Shown: positions 24,809 to 37,000 of the stretch, in pieces
Position numbering within the stretch: the first letter of the stretch is position 1
How the letters are laid out: each line of letters opens with the position of its first letter
Assembly (NCBI RefSeq): GCF_011386835.1
Contig: NC_088792.1
Span: forward strand, 287,556,001 to 287,620,000
DNA: 64,000 nt
From: Chrysemys picta bellii
Lineage: Eukaryota
Reading direction: 5' to 3'
Made by a program: the position numbers and the translations under genes
The notes under the pieces: model-generated
Database searches by the model: none
What the model was told of the DNA's origin: nothing
What the model saw: the letters and a program-made list of their open reading frames with translations, nothing else

Positions 24809-24937
24809 NNNNNNNNNNNNNNNNNNNNNNNNNNNNNNNNNNNNNNNNNNNNNNNNNNNNNNNNNNNNNNNNNNNNNNNNNNNNNNNNNNNNNNNNNNNN
24901 NNNNNNNNNNNNNNNNNNNNNNNNNNNNNNNNNNNNN
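24809..24937. other. Assembly gap (129 N)
   Basis: Run of N in the sequence. Confidence 1.
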
Positions 24938-25153
24938 TCCTGCTGTCTTGTACAGTAGAGTGTGAGAGTTAGCCCTTGAGGGCTCAGCCAATTGCTATTT
25001 CATCATTTAGCAGTAAGTCATTCCCTGGAAATATCCCACCCTCTGACTCCTCCACCTCAACCAAGCTTCACAATCATCATCACTGTGTACCAGTATTAAA
25101 TTGTTTGTTTAAAACTTATACTGTGTGTGTGTGTGTGTGTGTCTATAATATAG

Positions 25154-25348
25154 AAAGCAACAGAGGGTCCTGTGGCACCTTTGAGACTAACAGAAGTACT
25201 GGGAGCATAAGCTTTCGTGGGTAAGAACCTCAGTGAGGTTCTTACCCACGAAAGCTTATGCTCCCAGTACTTCTGTTAGTCTCAAAGGTGCCACAGGACC
25301 CTCTGTTGCTTTTTACAGATTCAGACTAACACGGCTACCCCTCTGATA
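25154..25348. mobile_element. Penelope-like terminal fragment with a fold-back palindrome
   Basis: Perfect 79-bp arms at 25154-25232 and 25234-25312 with a 1-nt spacer; continues cagactaacacggctacccctctgata; direct repeat ctataatatagaa at 25143-25155 and 25349-25361. Confidence 0.87.
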
Positions 25349-26202
25349 CTATAATATAGAATATAGTCTTTTGTCTGGTGAAAAAACTGTCCCTGAAACC
25401 TAACTCCCTCATTTACATTAATTCTTATGGGGAAATTGGATTTGCTTAATGTTGTTTCACTTAAAGTCACATTTTTCAGGAGCAGAACTACGTTAAGTGA
25501 GGAGTTACTGTACTGCTGAACTGGTTAGTGCCAGTCAGTCCCTTTCAGATGGTGCTGTAGGAATGTTGGGTATTACAACTGGGTCCAAAGTGACTGGCTC
25601 TTTATTTCCGTATAAAAGGTACTAAGCTCAGTTTGCCGCTGTTAGTAAAAAGACAAATGAGAAAATGTGGTGGTGAAAAGCTTTTCCCCCCTTCCTAGTG
25701 GATCTCAACTCTTCAGAGATTCTTAACCAAAGCCAGTGCACACTTTGTAGGAGGCTGAGATCATTATTGTGAAAAGAGGGGCTCCGTGCAGCCCCACAGG
25801 GCCTGTGGCCTCTCGGATCTGTTTGACTCTAGGCCTGGTGGACATAATTGTGTAATGCTTGCTCTTCTCAGATCTTTATTATTTGGATGGATAGTTTTCC
25901 CCTTCGCCTCCCGCTTATGGTCAATTGTGTTAAAGCAAGTGGCTGAGGTGAATGTACCTTGGCCATTGATCCGTTGTTTCATGAAGGGCTAATATATTGA
26001 GTTGTGCAAGTTGATGAATAGCCCTGGTAAATTAAAAGGCTGAGGAGAAAGCAGGAGAGCTGTAAAGTCTTAACCCTTTCTTCAAAGGCAGGGGAAACAA
26101 TGATGTAAAGAAGGGGTGATATTTCCCAGCATTATGAACCTGCTACTGCTCAGAATGCCATGAGGAAGCTAAGTTTCATTTCTCACAGGGAGTGAATTGC
26201 AT

Positions 26203-26386
26203 GGGGAGGGATAGCTCAGTGGTTTGAGCATTGGCCTGCTAAACCCAGGGCTGTGAGTTCAATCCTTGAGGGGGCCATTTAGGGAACTGGGGTAAAAATC
26301 TGTCTGGGGATTGGTCCTGCTTTGAGCAGGGGGTTGGACTAGATGACCTCCTGAGGTCCCTTCCAACGCTGATATTCTATGATTCT
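26203..26386 (+). mobile_element. tRNA-derived tortoise polIII/SINE with a CR1-derived tail
   Basis: A box tagctcagtggt at 26212-26223; B box gagttcaatcc at 26255-26265; the last 82 nt match the CR1 tail at 18381-18462 at 81 of 82 positions. Confidence 0.92.
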
Positions 26387-27217
26387 CCAGTGTAGCTGTG
26401 GGTCTGGTGGTCCTGGTGTGCTCTGGCTTTTCCTCTCAGGAGACAGGGATTCCAGTCCTGTCCTGGGTCGCAGTTGGAGCTATTTTTACAGGTGGTCTCC
26501 TATTTCTAATTGGCCAAATACAGGATTCCTCTTCGAGGCTGAGAAGAGTGTGATTTGTGCCCCAAGCCCCCTGCAAAATGTATGGAGTTCACATTCCTTC
26601 AGCTCCTTTGTAGAGGGGTCCCGGGCTGCTGGGAAGTGCCTAGCATTTTGATGCATGCCCTTTCCGTCTTGTGCCTCTGGCATGGCAATCTGTGTGTACT
26701 GTCCAGGCGCTCCTGGGCTAGTCTGGTAGCAAATTCAAGATTGGGGTTGAAATTGTAGAGGGTCCGGATTTGCTCCCATGTATCTGCAGAAGTGATCTTC
26801 AGAGTCCGTTCAGTATCTCTAGATCCCACTTCACAGGTTAGATGGAATCTGGGGGGCTCTGGGAAAAAGTCCTGTCCTGGATAGATTGACCATGTATGAG
26901 GCCCCTTGGAGTGTTGCTGACTGGAATGATCCTCTATCCGCGAATATGATTTTAAACCTTCCTTTCTCCTACATCAGCAAGGAAGCTCCTTTAGTGAGCA
27001 AGGCAAAACTGTTCTCCTGTTTGGTAGCTCAGCAGGGTACAAAAAACGGTAGCTCACCTGGAGACTTGGGTGTCCAAATGTTTGGGGTTTTTTTTGCGGG
27101 GAGGGAGTGGGAGAAATGGTATGGGGCATAAATAGGTCATTTTCTGCTCAAGCTTTTTTCTTTTCTACTGTGTTTGGGTCTGTCTCTGCACAGTCAGGAT
27201 AGTACTTGACACATGGT

Positions 27218-27360
27218 GGGTATGTCTACCCTGCAGCTGGAGTGGCTTGAGCCAGCCGCAGCATCCGCACTTCTATTTGTACTGTGCTAGGTTGAGCCCT
27301 AGAGCATGAGTCTCTGTCTGGGCAGGGAGGTTCGCTCCCGGCTGCAGGGTAGACATACTC
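27218..27360. mobile_element. Harbinger-type MITE
   Basis: 20-bp TIR gggtatgtctaccctgcagc / gctgcagggtagacatactc (19 of 20). Confidence 0.8.
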
Positions 27361-27631
27361 CAAAGAGCTACAGCAGAGGGAACCATGCTAATCCCTTCCA
27401 CGTATACACAATTCCCCTGCTGCGGTAGGTTAGTTCCTTTTCTGCATCCAGTTCTTGACACCTGGAGTCTGCTGCAGAATGACCCAAAGCAGGATTTGTG
27501 CAGTGGGAGTCAGTTTCCTTGTGCAGCTGAAGTGCCGTTGTAGCTGATGCTAGCTGTTGAGGCACGGCCAGGAGAGCGGTGAATCAGGAGACGTGGCAGG
27601 TGGCCAGCAGCATGTGCTGGAATCACCATGA

Positions 27632-28416
27632 ATATCCGTTTCTCAAATGCGGCCACTGTTGCCGCATGCAGCCCCTAGGGGCTTTTCTTGCAGGCAGTGC
27701 CTCCTGGGTGGTGATTGGGGAGGGGGGCAGCAAAGCAGTGGCCCATCCCCCAGTGCCGCCAGCAGGGGCTCTGCCCTGCCACCTTCTGGAGCCACACACA
27801 CTGTAGGCGCAGGTGGCCAGTATGAGTTCCTCACCTTCCTGGTGGGACTCCGGCTTTGGGTTTCATCCCTGGGTGGTGGGCAGCAGGCTCGGGCCGTGTG
27901 GCAGTGGGCTCCATCCCCGAGATGCAGGTCTTCGGGCTCTGGCCCCAAGGACTCAGCCATGGGTTCACTCCCTGAACGTCGTCCCGTCCTCTGCTGCCTC
28001 CTCAGCCCCCCATCGCCCCTGGCTCCCTTCCTCCCTCCCCATCCAGGGCTGAGTAAGTCTGCTGTGAAAAGTGATATTAACAAATATACAAATGTCACTT
28101 TTCACAGTAGCAGATTCACTAGCTAGCAAGTCTTTTTTTTTTTTTTTAAGGCAAAACATGCAAATCAACTTATTTGTGTGTCTATTCTGTTGAGGTCCAG
28201 TAAAGAATAAACAGTTGTACATTATGTTTGTTATTGAATCTGCAAAAAACCCCTACATACATAAATACATATCCACATATATACATCTCCAAATCATTGT
28301 AATTTGTTTTTCCTACGGTTGGTTAAGTATGTTAGGAAAAATTGTCCGAGCAGCCACCAGCAGGAGTTGATGGCCGCACTCTGAGGCCACCCAAAAATTT
28401 GTTGTGAGAACTCCTG
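27632..28416. mobile_element. Probable degenerate hAT non-autonomous element
   Basis: Left end gtttctcaaatgcggccac and right end ggccgcactctgaggccacc...tgagaactcctg resemble hAT subterminal/terminal motifs; GC-rich interior; boundaries approximate. Confidence 0.45.
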
Positions 28417-29284
28417 TGTAGAAGGTGGGAGGTGAGAGAACTCAGAGACTCAGCACTAGCATAGTGATGGGTGCTGGAAGTCGAGATAAAGATATGGATG
28501 CTGGCAGAGCTTTGTTGGAGCCCAGGACTGGACTAGCAGGGTATGCGCTAGGTGGGGAGTGAGGGCAGCAGCTGACTTTTGGGGGGCTTAGTAATGGAGA
28601 GGTAAAAGGTGCTGAAGGTGAGCATCGAGATTCATTGGCATAGTTGTATGCAGAGAAGCTTGCTACAGCTCTTAGCAACATCATATCAGCCTCTGTCCAA
28701 TGTTTAGCTCTCAATTTTCATGAGTGCTAAACTCCTTCTCACAAACACCAGTTACGCTCAGTGTTGTCTGAAAGTCTGCAGCAATCCTGCAAAAAGGGCT
28801 TCTAAGATTCCCCTGGAAATAGATAAATGGGGCCAAATCTGGTGCTCAGGACTGCAGTCACTAGTTGCAGTGGTTCTATATTTATAGAAAGTGGTTCCAT
28901 TTCCATATTATATGTGGTTGTTGCTGGACTTTGTTGCTCTCTCTTAGCATCACCTTTTTATTCCTCTGTATTTCTTTATTATTTGCGAGTGCCAACAGCA
29001 TGCTAAGCATTTCTCAGCCCAGTCTCTGCCCTGAGGAGTTTTGAATCTGAATAGACAATGTACTAATGAGGGTAGTAGGGGGGTGGTTCAGGACGCTAGA
29101 GGAAAAAAGTGTCAGAGCTAAAATGTAGCACATCTGGTTAGTGCTTGGATTTTTAAAAAAATGCCTTTTAGACAGTCATCAGATTAGCTCACTCCCCTCT
29201 GTGCTGTGAGCTGGGGATGGGGCAAAGGCCTTTCAGAAGGGATGCATTTAAGGGAGATTCACTGGAATCCATAGCCTTGTATAG

Positions 29285-29857
<573 letters not shown>

Positions 29858-30924
29858 TAAAGCAGAGCTGTCTCTACGCAGCATGTGACATAGACTGATG
29901 GGTAGAGAAATACCCTCAGCCGGGGGAAAGCTGTAATGAATTTGTGCCGCAAGAGACAGATACTGTGTAACCCACCCCTTCCCTGGACGAACTGGGACTA
30001 GAGCTCTGGGTGGTGGGCAGCTTGATCTAGAGCAGTGGTGCCCAAACTTTTCCTCTCGCACCCTCCCTGCCCCCCTTACCAGTAATAGAATGTGTCCATG
30101 CCACCCCGGGCTGGGAGCGGGGTCGGGGGCTGGGTGGTGCCTGCTCCCTCCCCAATCCCCTGTGGGGGCTGGCCTGCAGCCTGCCCCACCCCGAATGTTC
30201 CTCCGTGCCCTCTTAAGGGAGGACTCTCCCCACCCTTTGGGGACAGCTGTACTAGAGGATAGCTTTTCTAGCTAAAGTATTAATGGGCCATGTGCAAGAG
30301 GGCAATGTCATTCATTCATAAAGCAATTATGTATTGGAGGAAGGGGTGTCACTGCCTCTGACTGCAGGGATACCTCTGTGCCGACCCGTAGGTGTAACTT
30401 AGTGCTGTCTCCTAAAAACACTTAGGAAAAGCAATTTTCTAAACTTAGAAATGCACCATATTTCACAAAATGGAGCATAATCTCTCCACCAGACCCATTT
30501 CCAAGGCAAGTGACTTTTATCCCTTTTCTGTACCTCACTGCGAATACAGATTGCCGGGCTGATCTGTTTGTGCCGACTCAGGGGTTTTGCAGCAGGGGTG
30601 ACTTTCTCTTTTAAAAAAGGGGATTTTCAAGTTGAATAAAAATACAAAGCCAAGTTTCCTGGTATGTGGGCACAAAAACTGTGCTCTCCGGTCAGGCAGC
30701 TGCATTGCACCTTCTTCTTTGCACCCCTGTTTTGTGCTGTTATTGATTTGCAGTTTAGTTGCCTACATACCTCTTTTTTCCCCTTTAAAATGTATATTAT
30801 TGAAGTGTAAATAAACTCCCCAGCCACATGTCTGCCTGAAATTGCACTCTTGCCATTTGCAAATAATTGGCAGAGAAATTTGTGCTTGTAACTAGGGTTT
30901 TCCTTTCTCCCAGTGTACATAAGA

Positions 30925-31125
30925 GTGCCATGACCTGGCCTAGTGGTTAGACCCGGGGCTGGGTGTTAGACCTTCCTGGCTGTGCCACTGAATTGATGTG
31001 GTACCGTGGGGAAATCACTTACCCTGTCTGTTTCTCCATTTGTAGAATGGAGAGAGACCTGAGCTTTGTCAAAACCCTTGGAGATCCTCGGGTGGAATGC
31101 ACTATAGAAGTACTGAGTAGAGTAG
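30925..31125 (+). mobile_element. MIR/CORE-like SINE
   Basis: ggcctagtggttag A-box-like head, then gggaaatcactta...tttctccatttgtagaatgg CORE motifs. Confidence 0.55.
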
Positions 31126-31959
31126 AGTAGTGCTGGGTTGCCTGTACAGTACGCTGCATTAGTCCTCTTACAGTGCATGAGAGCACCGCTGCGCTTTCCT
31201 GGGAATTTGAGCCGGGTTCCGGTTATACCGCCATCTTGTGGCTGCAGCCTGCAGGCTATATAAACCCTTTTATTTATTTATTACTTACTACCTACAGAGG
31301 ATATAAATGGGAGTTTATTCCTAAAAACGATCCCATTGTCAAACCTCTGGATGTAACATTCATTCAGAGTTTCCGTAGTAGCAACTACTCATTTCCCACC
31401 CTCCACTCATTCCAGCCCTTACTACGGTTAGTAAATGTCCATAGTCTGGTAAGTCCAAAGGCTTTAGTTGGGATCTCTACCCCGTTTGCTGAATGCCACA
31501 CAAACACAATGGAGACAATATCTGCCCTGAAGAGCTATTTTCGAAAGATGCAGTTGCCCTCTCTCCGTCCATGTCTGCTCTTGGAGCAGGTGGAGGGTGA
31601 TTCTCAGCTCCTGTAAATATACTCATGCTAGCTCTCTTCAAGCTAGTGCTCTAAAAATAGTAGTGTAGTCATGGTAGCATGGACAGCAGTGAGTGGTGGC
31701 CTGGGCTAGTCAACCAAGTACAAACCTGCCTAGATCCTATGAGTGCACAACCTGGGGCAGCTAGTCCATGCCGCTGCTTGCTGCTTCCCGTGTGATTGCA
31801 GCTACCCTCCTATTCTTAGTGCACTAGCTTGATGAGAGCTAGGGCGAGTATGTCTACGTGAGCTGGGAATCCCACCCCTAGCTCCAAGTGTAGATGTAGC
31901 CTCAGGGAAACTCTCATTTAGGTTGTCGCTGTTTCCTGTGTTGATTTATTGTAACTTCC

Positions 31960-32560
31960 CCACCCGTCCACCTCCTTGATGCCCTCTACCGTCTATTTAA
32001 AATACAGCAGCCAACTTCATATTCTGGCTTGTCCATCATGCAGAGTGTCTTACCCCTTCTTTGAATCCCTGTACTGATTTCTCTCGTCTGCCCCGTTAAG
32101 TTCAAACTTCTCATCTTCTCCTTCAAGGCCCCAGCAACTCTGAGCCATCAGATTTATCCTCCTTTCTTCTTGAACCCCCCATCCCTCTGCTATGCCAGTG
32201 ATATCAACTGGGTCTTCCCGCATGTCCACGTCATGCTTTCTTTATGCTTCCCCCTACACATGGAATGCCTTCCCTGAACTGATTCAGAAGGCCGCTACCT
32301 TCACCTCCTTCCAGTTCATTCTCAAGATATACTTCTGTGATGCGTACAAGGAACTGACCAATCAATGCTGAATGGGTGGAGGGGAAGTTGGTATAGTTGC
32401 TGGGTGTTTCATTTTAAAATGTATATCAAATTCATACATATTTTTGATTGCATTCCTCTCCTCCAGCCTTCGGGTGTCATTTGTCATCTTAGATAGGCCC
32501 TGCCCTAGCTATGGGGACAGCACTCAGCATACTGAGGGTGCTACCAGAATAAATAAATGT
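31960..32560 (+). mobile_element. Old L2-type LINE 3' fragment
   Basis: ttcaaggccc, tggaatgccttccct and tccttc...ctcaagata motifs typical of the L2 ORF2 end and 3' UTR; heavily degenerate; boundaries approximate. Confidence 0.5.
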
Positions 32561-32962
32561 TCCATGCCCTGAAGGTCACTCACCACATTTGGTTTTTCTC
32601 AGGCTAATAGGGGAAGTGATTTCCAGAGGTGAGTGCTCCGCCTCCAGATCCCCAGCGCCTGACTCCATGGACGCTTAGTGCTAACACCCCATTGGGAACA
32701 GGGAATGGCAGTGGCTAAACTAACCAAAATTGGAACAGGGTAAGGCTTGTAGACCAGGATCACCACCTTAAATTGCAACCAGTACTGCGGTAAATGTGAC
32801 TAATTTGTGTCAGTGCTAGCAAGGCCTAACCCTTCTATAGCCCCAACCAGACCTTCAGCAGGGTTGTTGGACCTTAAGAAAGATAAATCGATCCCTTAGG
32901 TACTTATTTGACCCTATTAACATAATATCTGGGCATCCCTAATCTTTTAATGAATTTACCCT

Positions 32963-33609
32963 CATAACAGCATAAGAACGGCCATACTTGGTCAAACCAA
33001 TGGTCCATCTAGCCCAGTCTTCTGACAATGGCCAGAGCCAGGTGCTTCAGAGGGACTGAACAGAACAGTCAGTCATCAAGTGACCCATCCCGTCTGTCGC
33101 CCATTCCCTGCTTCTGGCAAACAGAGGCTAGGGATGCTTCATAGCATGGTTTTGCATCCCTGCCTATCCTGGCTAATAGCCACTGATGGACCTATCCTCC
33201 ATGAACTTATTCAGTTCTTTTTTGAACCCTGTTATGATCTTCACAACATCCTCTGGCAAAGAGTTCCACAGGTTGACTGTCCGTTGTATGAAGAAATACT
33301 TCCTTTTGTTTGTTTGAAACCTGATGCCTATTAATTTCACTTGGTGACGCTTAGTTCTCGTGTTATGAGAAGGAGTAAATAACACTTCCTTATTTACTTT
33401 CTCCACACCAGTCATGATTTTATAAACCTCGATCATATTCTCCCCCCCCCCCCAGTCGTCTCTTTTCCAAGGTGAAAAGTCCCAGTCTTATTAATCTCTC
33501 CTCATATGGAAGCTGTTCAATATCCCTAATAATTTTTGTTGCTCTTTTCTGTACCTTTTCCAATTCTATATATCTTTTTTGAGATGGGGTGACTCCTATT
33601 CAAGATGTG
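32963..33609 (-). mobile_element. CR1 LINE, 5'-truncated, (ttatgttc)-tail subfamily
   Basis: ORF 33173-33436 (-) reads [28 protein letters not shown]...; tail cataagaac on the + strand. Confidence 0.9.
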
Positions 33610-33634
33610 ATGTAGGGCAGTGCTATTATCCCTG

Positions 33635-33897
33635 GATGACAGGATAAGAAATAATGGGTTTAAACTGAAGCAAGTGAGATTTAGGTTATTCATTAGGAAA
33701 AACTTCCTAACTGTCAGGGTGGTTAAACACGGAACAAATTACTTGAGGAGGTTGTGGAATCTCCATCATTGTTGGTTTTTAAGAACAGGTTAGATAAACA
33801 CCTGTCAGGGAGGGTCTAGATAATACTTAGTCCTGCCTCAGACCTGGGGACTGGGTAGATGACCTGTCGAGGTCCTTTCAGTCCTATATTTCTATGA
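33635..33897 (+). mobile_element. CR1 3' fragment
   Basis: aataatgggtttaaactgaagcaag...attaggaaaaacttccta...gaggtcctttcagtccta...ttctatga. Confidence 0.85.
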
Positions 33898-33899
33898 TA

Positions 33900-34030
33900 C
33901 TTTCCTCATTGTACAGATGGGGAACTGAGGCATAGAGGCTAAGTGATTTATCCAAGATCACACTGGAAGTCTGTGGCAAAACAGGGACTGGAATTCAGGT
34001 CTCACAAGTCCTAGGCTATCTTAACCAGTG
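33900..34030 (-). mobile_element. MIR/CORE-like SINE fragment
   Basis: cctcattgtacagatggggaactgaggcatagaggctaagtgatt: reverse-orientation CORE. Confidence 0.65.
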
Positions 34031-37000
34031 AACCATCCTTTCTCTTTAATGAACAAATCTTCTAAAGTTTCCCATTGGCTCTTTTCCAAATCTTTCTTGG
34101 GCTTCAGAGAGTCAGTCTGACCTCTCATTTCAATCCGTACTGCCCTTTGCATTAGTAGCGCTCAAAGTGCTTTACAGAGTGCTATATAAGAGCTATATGG
34201 TGGTGATATTTATTTATTATTACACGAAGAAAATTGCAGCAGCCCTCACCACTGATATGGAGGAGCAGCTGCCAGAGACTCTGGTTCCCAATACAGTATG
34301 CACTGGTGCATAGGCAGCAGCCTCTCTGCTCAAGATGGAAGCTTTGCCCGTTGGAATCTGTTACTTTGGGCCTTCTCCTGGAGGAGTGTGAAGCGTTAAC
34401 TAGAATTGGAATGGGAGGCTTTAATTTTCTGTGCAGATGGTGCTGTGTTTTTCTGCAGCAGCATGTGCATGCTCAGTGGCTCCCTGAAAGAAAAGAGAGA
34501 TCCATTTTCCTTTCAGCGGTAAATCCCGCTCTTGTTTAGTGCCTGTCTTTACTGGTGTGTTGTTCTGCAGACACTAATTCTGACATGGCAGATTAGTAAA
34601 AGCCCCCACTGCTTCAAACGCCAGGGTGCTGTGCTGCAGGATGCAAAGGCTCAGGAGGGTGAAGTGAATGAAACTGGGCCTGAAAGTGAAAGAGCGTTAG
34701 CCTGTAATGCTGGGAAATGGGTAACACTCTAGCAAGAGCCAGCGCCAGGCTGAGAGAGAACAATAAAACCTAGGGTGGCTTCTTGGGAACTTTCTCTCCA
34801 ATCCCCCATGCAATTTCCCTCCTCCCCTTCCTCCATAATTCAGTCATGGCTCATGTACATTCAGAAAGTGAGTCCTAATTCTATAAGCATTGGCAAATGC
34901 ACAGTAGGTCCTAAGTTACAAGGAGAAATAAAGGCACCAGGTCCAGATTCATCCTTGTCGAGTCCCCTCAAAGCTGTGTGAACTGTGATGAAGGTGGGGT
35001 TTCACAGCAGTGGAAACAGTGCGTGAGCTGAAGCAGAATATCTGCCCTCTGTACCTGGAAATGGTTTGATGGCAACTTTGTCTCTCTAGCCTGTGTACTT
35101 GTGCCAGAGGAGAGCTATAGCACTGCCATACCTGCCCAGCGCGGGATTGAAGCATTGGTCCTGTAGGCCCGTGGCTAGGGCCCCATCTCCTGGAGTCAAG
35201 TGATTATGGCAGAATATCAGGATTGAGTCAGTTACTTGGTGCCCTGGGGTTAGTGGGGCCTACTGTTAGCACTTCAGGGGACAGGTCTACTCTCAGTCAA
35301 GAGCTACCCCTCGGAAAAGTGCTGGAGCGCTGATGTGCCGTCAGGAGAGGGGCGTTACTCTACTCGCTCTTACTGCTGCACGTTTTTCGTCAGTCTCTCC
35401 GCAGCATGCAGCCGCTGGCTGGCACGTGCACCTTATTTACATCGTAACTTTCATTTTAAGGGCTTTGCTGCTGCCTAAGGCGCCAGGCTCCTCAGAAAAA
35501 TGCCGCTGATTGTACCTGGTATGTGGCTACATCTGAGTGGGATTTGGATGGAATGCGAGGCTCGATAAACACCACTGTGGTGCACACATTGGCAAGTAGG
35601 GAAGCAGCAGTGAAACTGTTAATATATTTGGCACCACTTCAATGGCTGTGAAAACCAGCACTTGAAAGCAAAAGAGATTCCAGAGTGATGCAGTCCTCAT
35701 GCTGTAATAGGTTCTCTTCCTGGCTGAATATAGGTGTTGGCTATGCTGTCCGCATGCAGTATTTACTACCGTAGCCAGAGGCTGTCTGCTTGGCCTAGTG
35801 GGTCCTGCAGGTTAAAATAGAAGGGATGGGTAGGGGAGAGTGGTTTCCTTTGCTTCGGAAAGCTAGCGCTTCCTGACAAATGAATGTTGGCAACCAGCAG
35901 GGGACCATGGCACTGTAGTTTGTAGTGCAATATTGCAGTCAAGTCTGAAGCAGAGACAGGTGGTTATTTTGGAAACGAGGGAAACAATTCTAAAGGGTAA
36001 AGCCCTCGGAAACAGCCTGCGGGGACCAATGCTGTGCTGGCTGAGAGGTAGGCTGGATGACCTAATGGACCTGTTCCAGCTCTGATTTCTGTGATTCTGT
36101 AGCAAAGCACAAACGAGGAAGGACGGGTGACTGCGGTCAAGGCTCTTTCATGGGAAAGCCTCCGGTGGCAGAGATCTCATCTCTAGAAGTGGCCGATGCT
36201 TTGGGTCCTGGAGAAGATGAACTTAAAGAACAAGAGAGCCGTGCAAATTAAAAATTGATTTTTTGATTGCACGGATAGTGGCTATGAAGGGCAGAGCCAG
36301 TCCAGGCGTCTGTGCTGCCGAGCTCCTCTAGCTGCTTAGAGCTCAGTGTGTTCTGCCTTTTGTTGTGGTTTCAGAACATTAGTAACTTGATGGGCCTTTT
36401 TTCCCCACCTTGTGCCCATAAAATTGTAAGCATATCTTAACTCATGCCTTTTGGAGGATACCAGAATGGACCTTAAACCTTAACAAACATGCTTCACAGA
36501 ACAGTGAACACTCACATGGGGCTGTCTAGACATAGAAAAATATACAGACATGACAAGTTCTCAGAGAGAGGGAGTTAAGTATTATCTCTATTTCAGCTGA
36601 GTCAGAGAGGTGACCTATCTCATCCCAGGTATTGCAGAGTCAGTGTTGAAGCCAGGACTAAACTAGGCAGTTCCTGGCTATAGTGGGGTCTAATGGACTG
36701 AGCTGAACAGAAACTATAAAAGCACAGTAGCATGTATAGACTGGTTTGAACACCAAAGCATTTGAAGATCTGCTTATTTCCTTCTCCCCCCTTCTTTTTC
36801 AAATCTATGGTTAGACATAAACACCCCCATGTTCGAAGCATGGCACAGGATTTCAGCGAACGAGACTCCCATTTAAAGTGCAGATAGTTTAAAACCAAGG
36901 CCTGTTATTTGGAAGATGTCCCTGAATGTGATAAAGTCCAGAAGTCTGCTTTATAGCAAGCAGAAATGTTAGACTTGAACTGAAAGTTTCTCTTGAGGAA

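Larger units (their letters stand above)
24277..25510. mobile_element. Tigger/pogo-like (Tc1-mariner superfamily) non-autonomous element containing an assembly gap and a nested Penelope fragment
   Basis: Perfect 18-bp TIR cagtaactcctcacttaa / ttaagtgaggagttactg (25493-25510); TA follows the right end, while the left flank reads ca. Confidence 0.88.

Noticed and set aside
26203-26280. tRNA gene (also at 51756 and 6831)
   Set aside because: A and B boxes are present, but the sequence continues into a CR1-derived tail or lies within LTR-like ends, and I could not form a complete cloverleaf. These are tRNA-derived repeats.
32963-33897. A single CR1 with a twin-priming 5' inversion
   Set aside because: Each of the two divergent pieces has its own 3' tail from a different CR1 subfamily, so they are two independent insertions.
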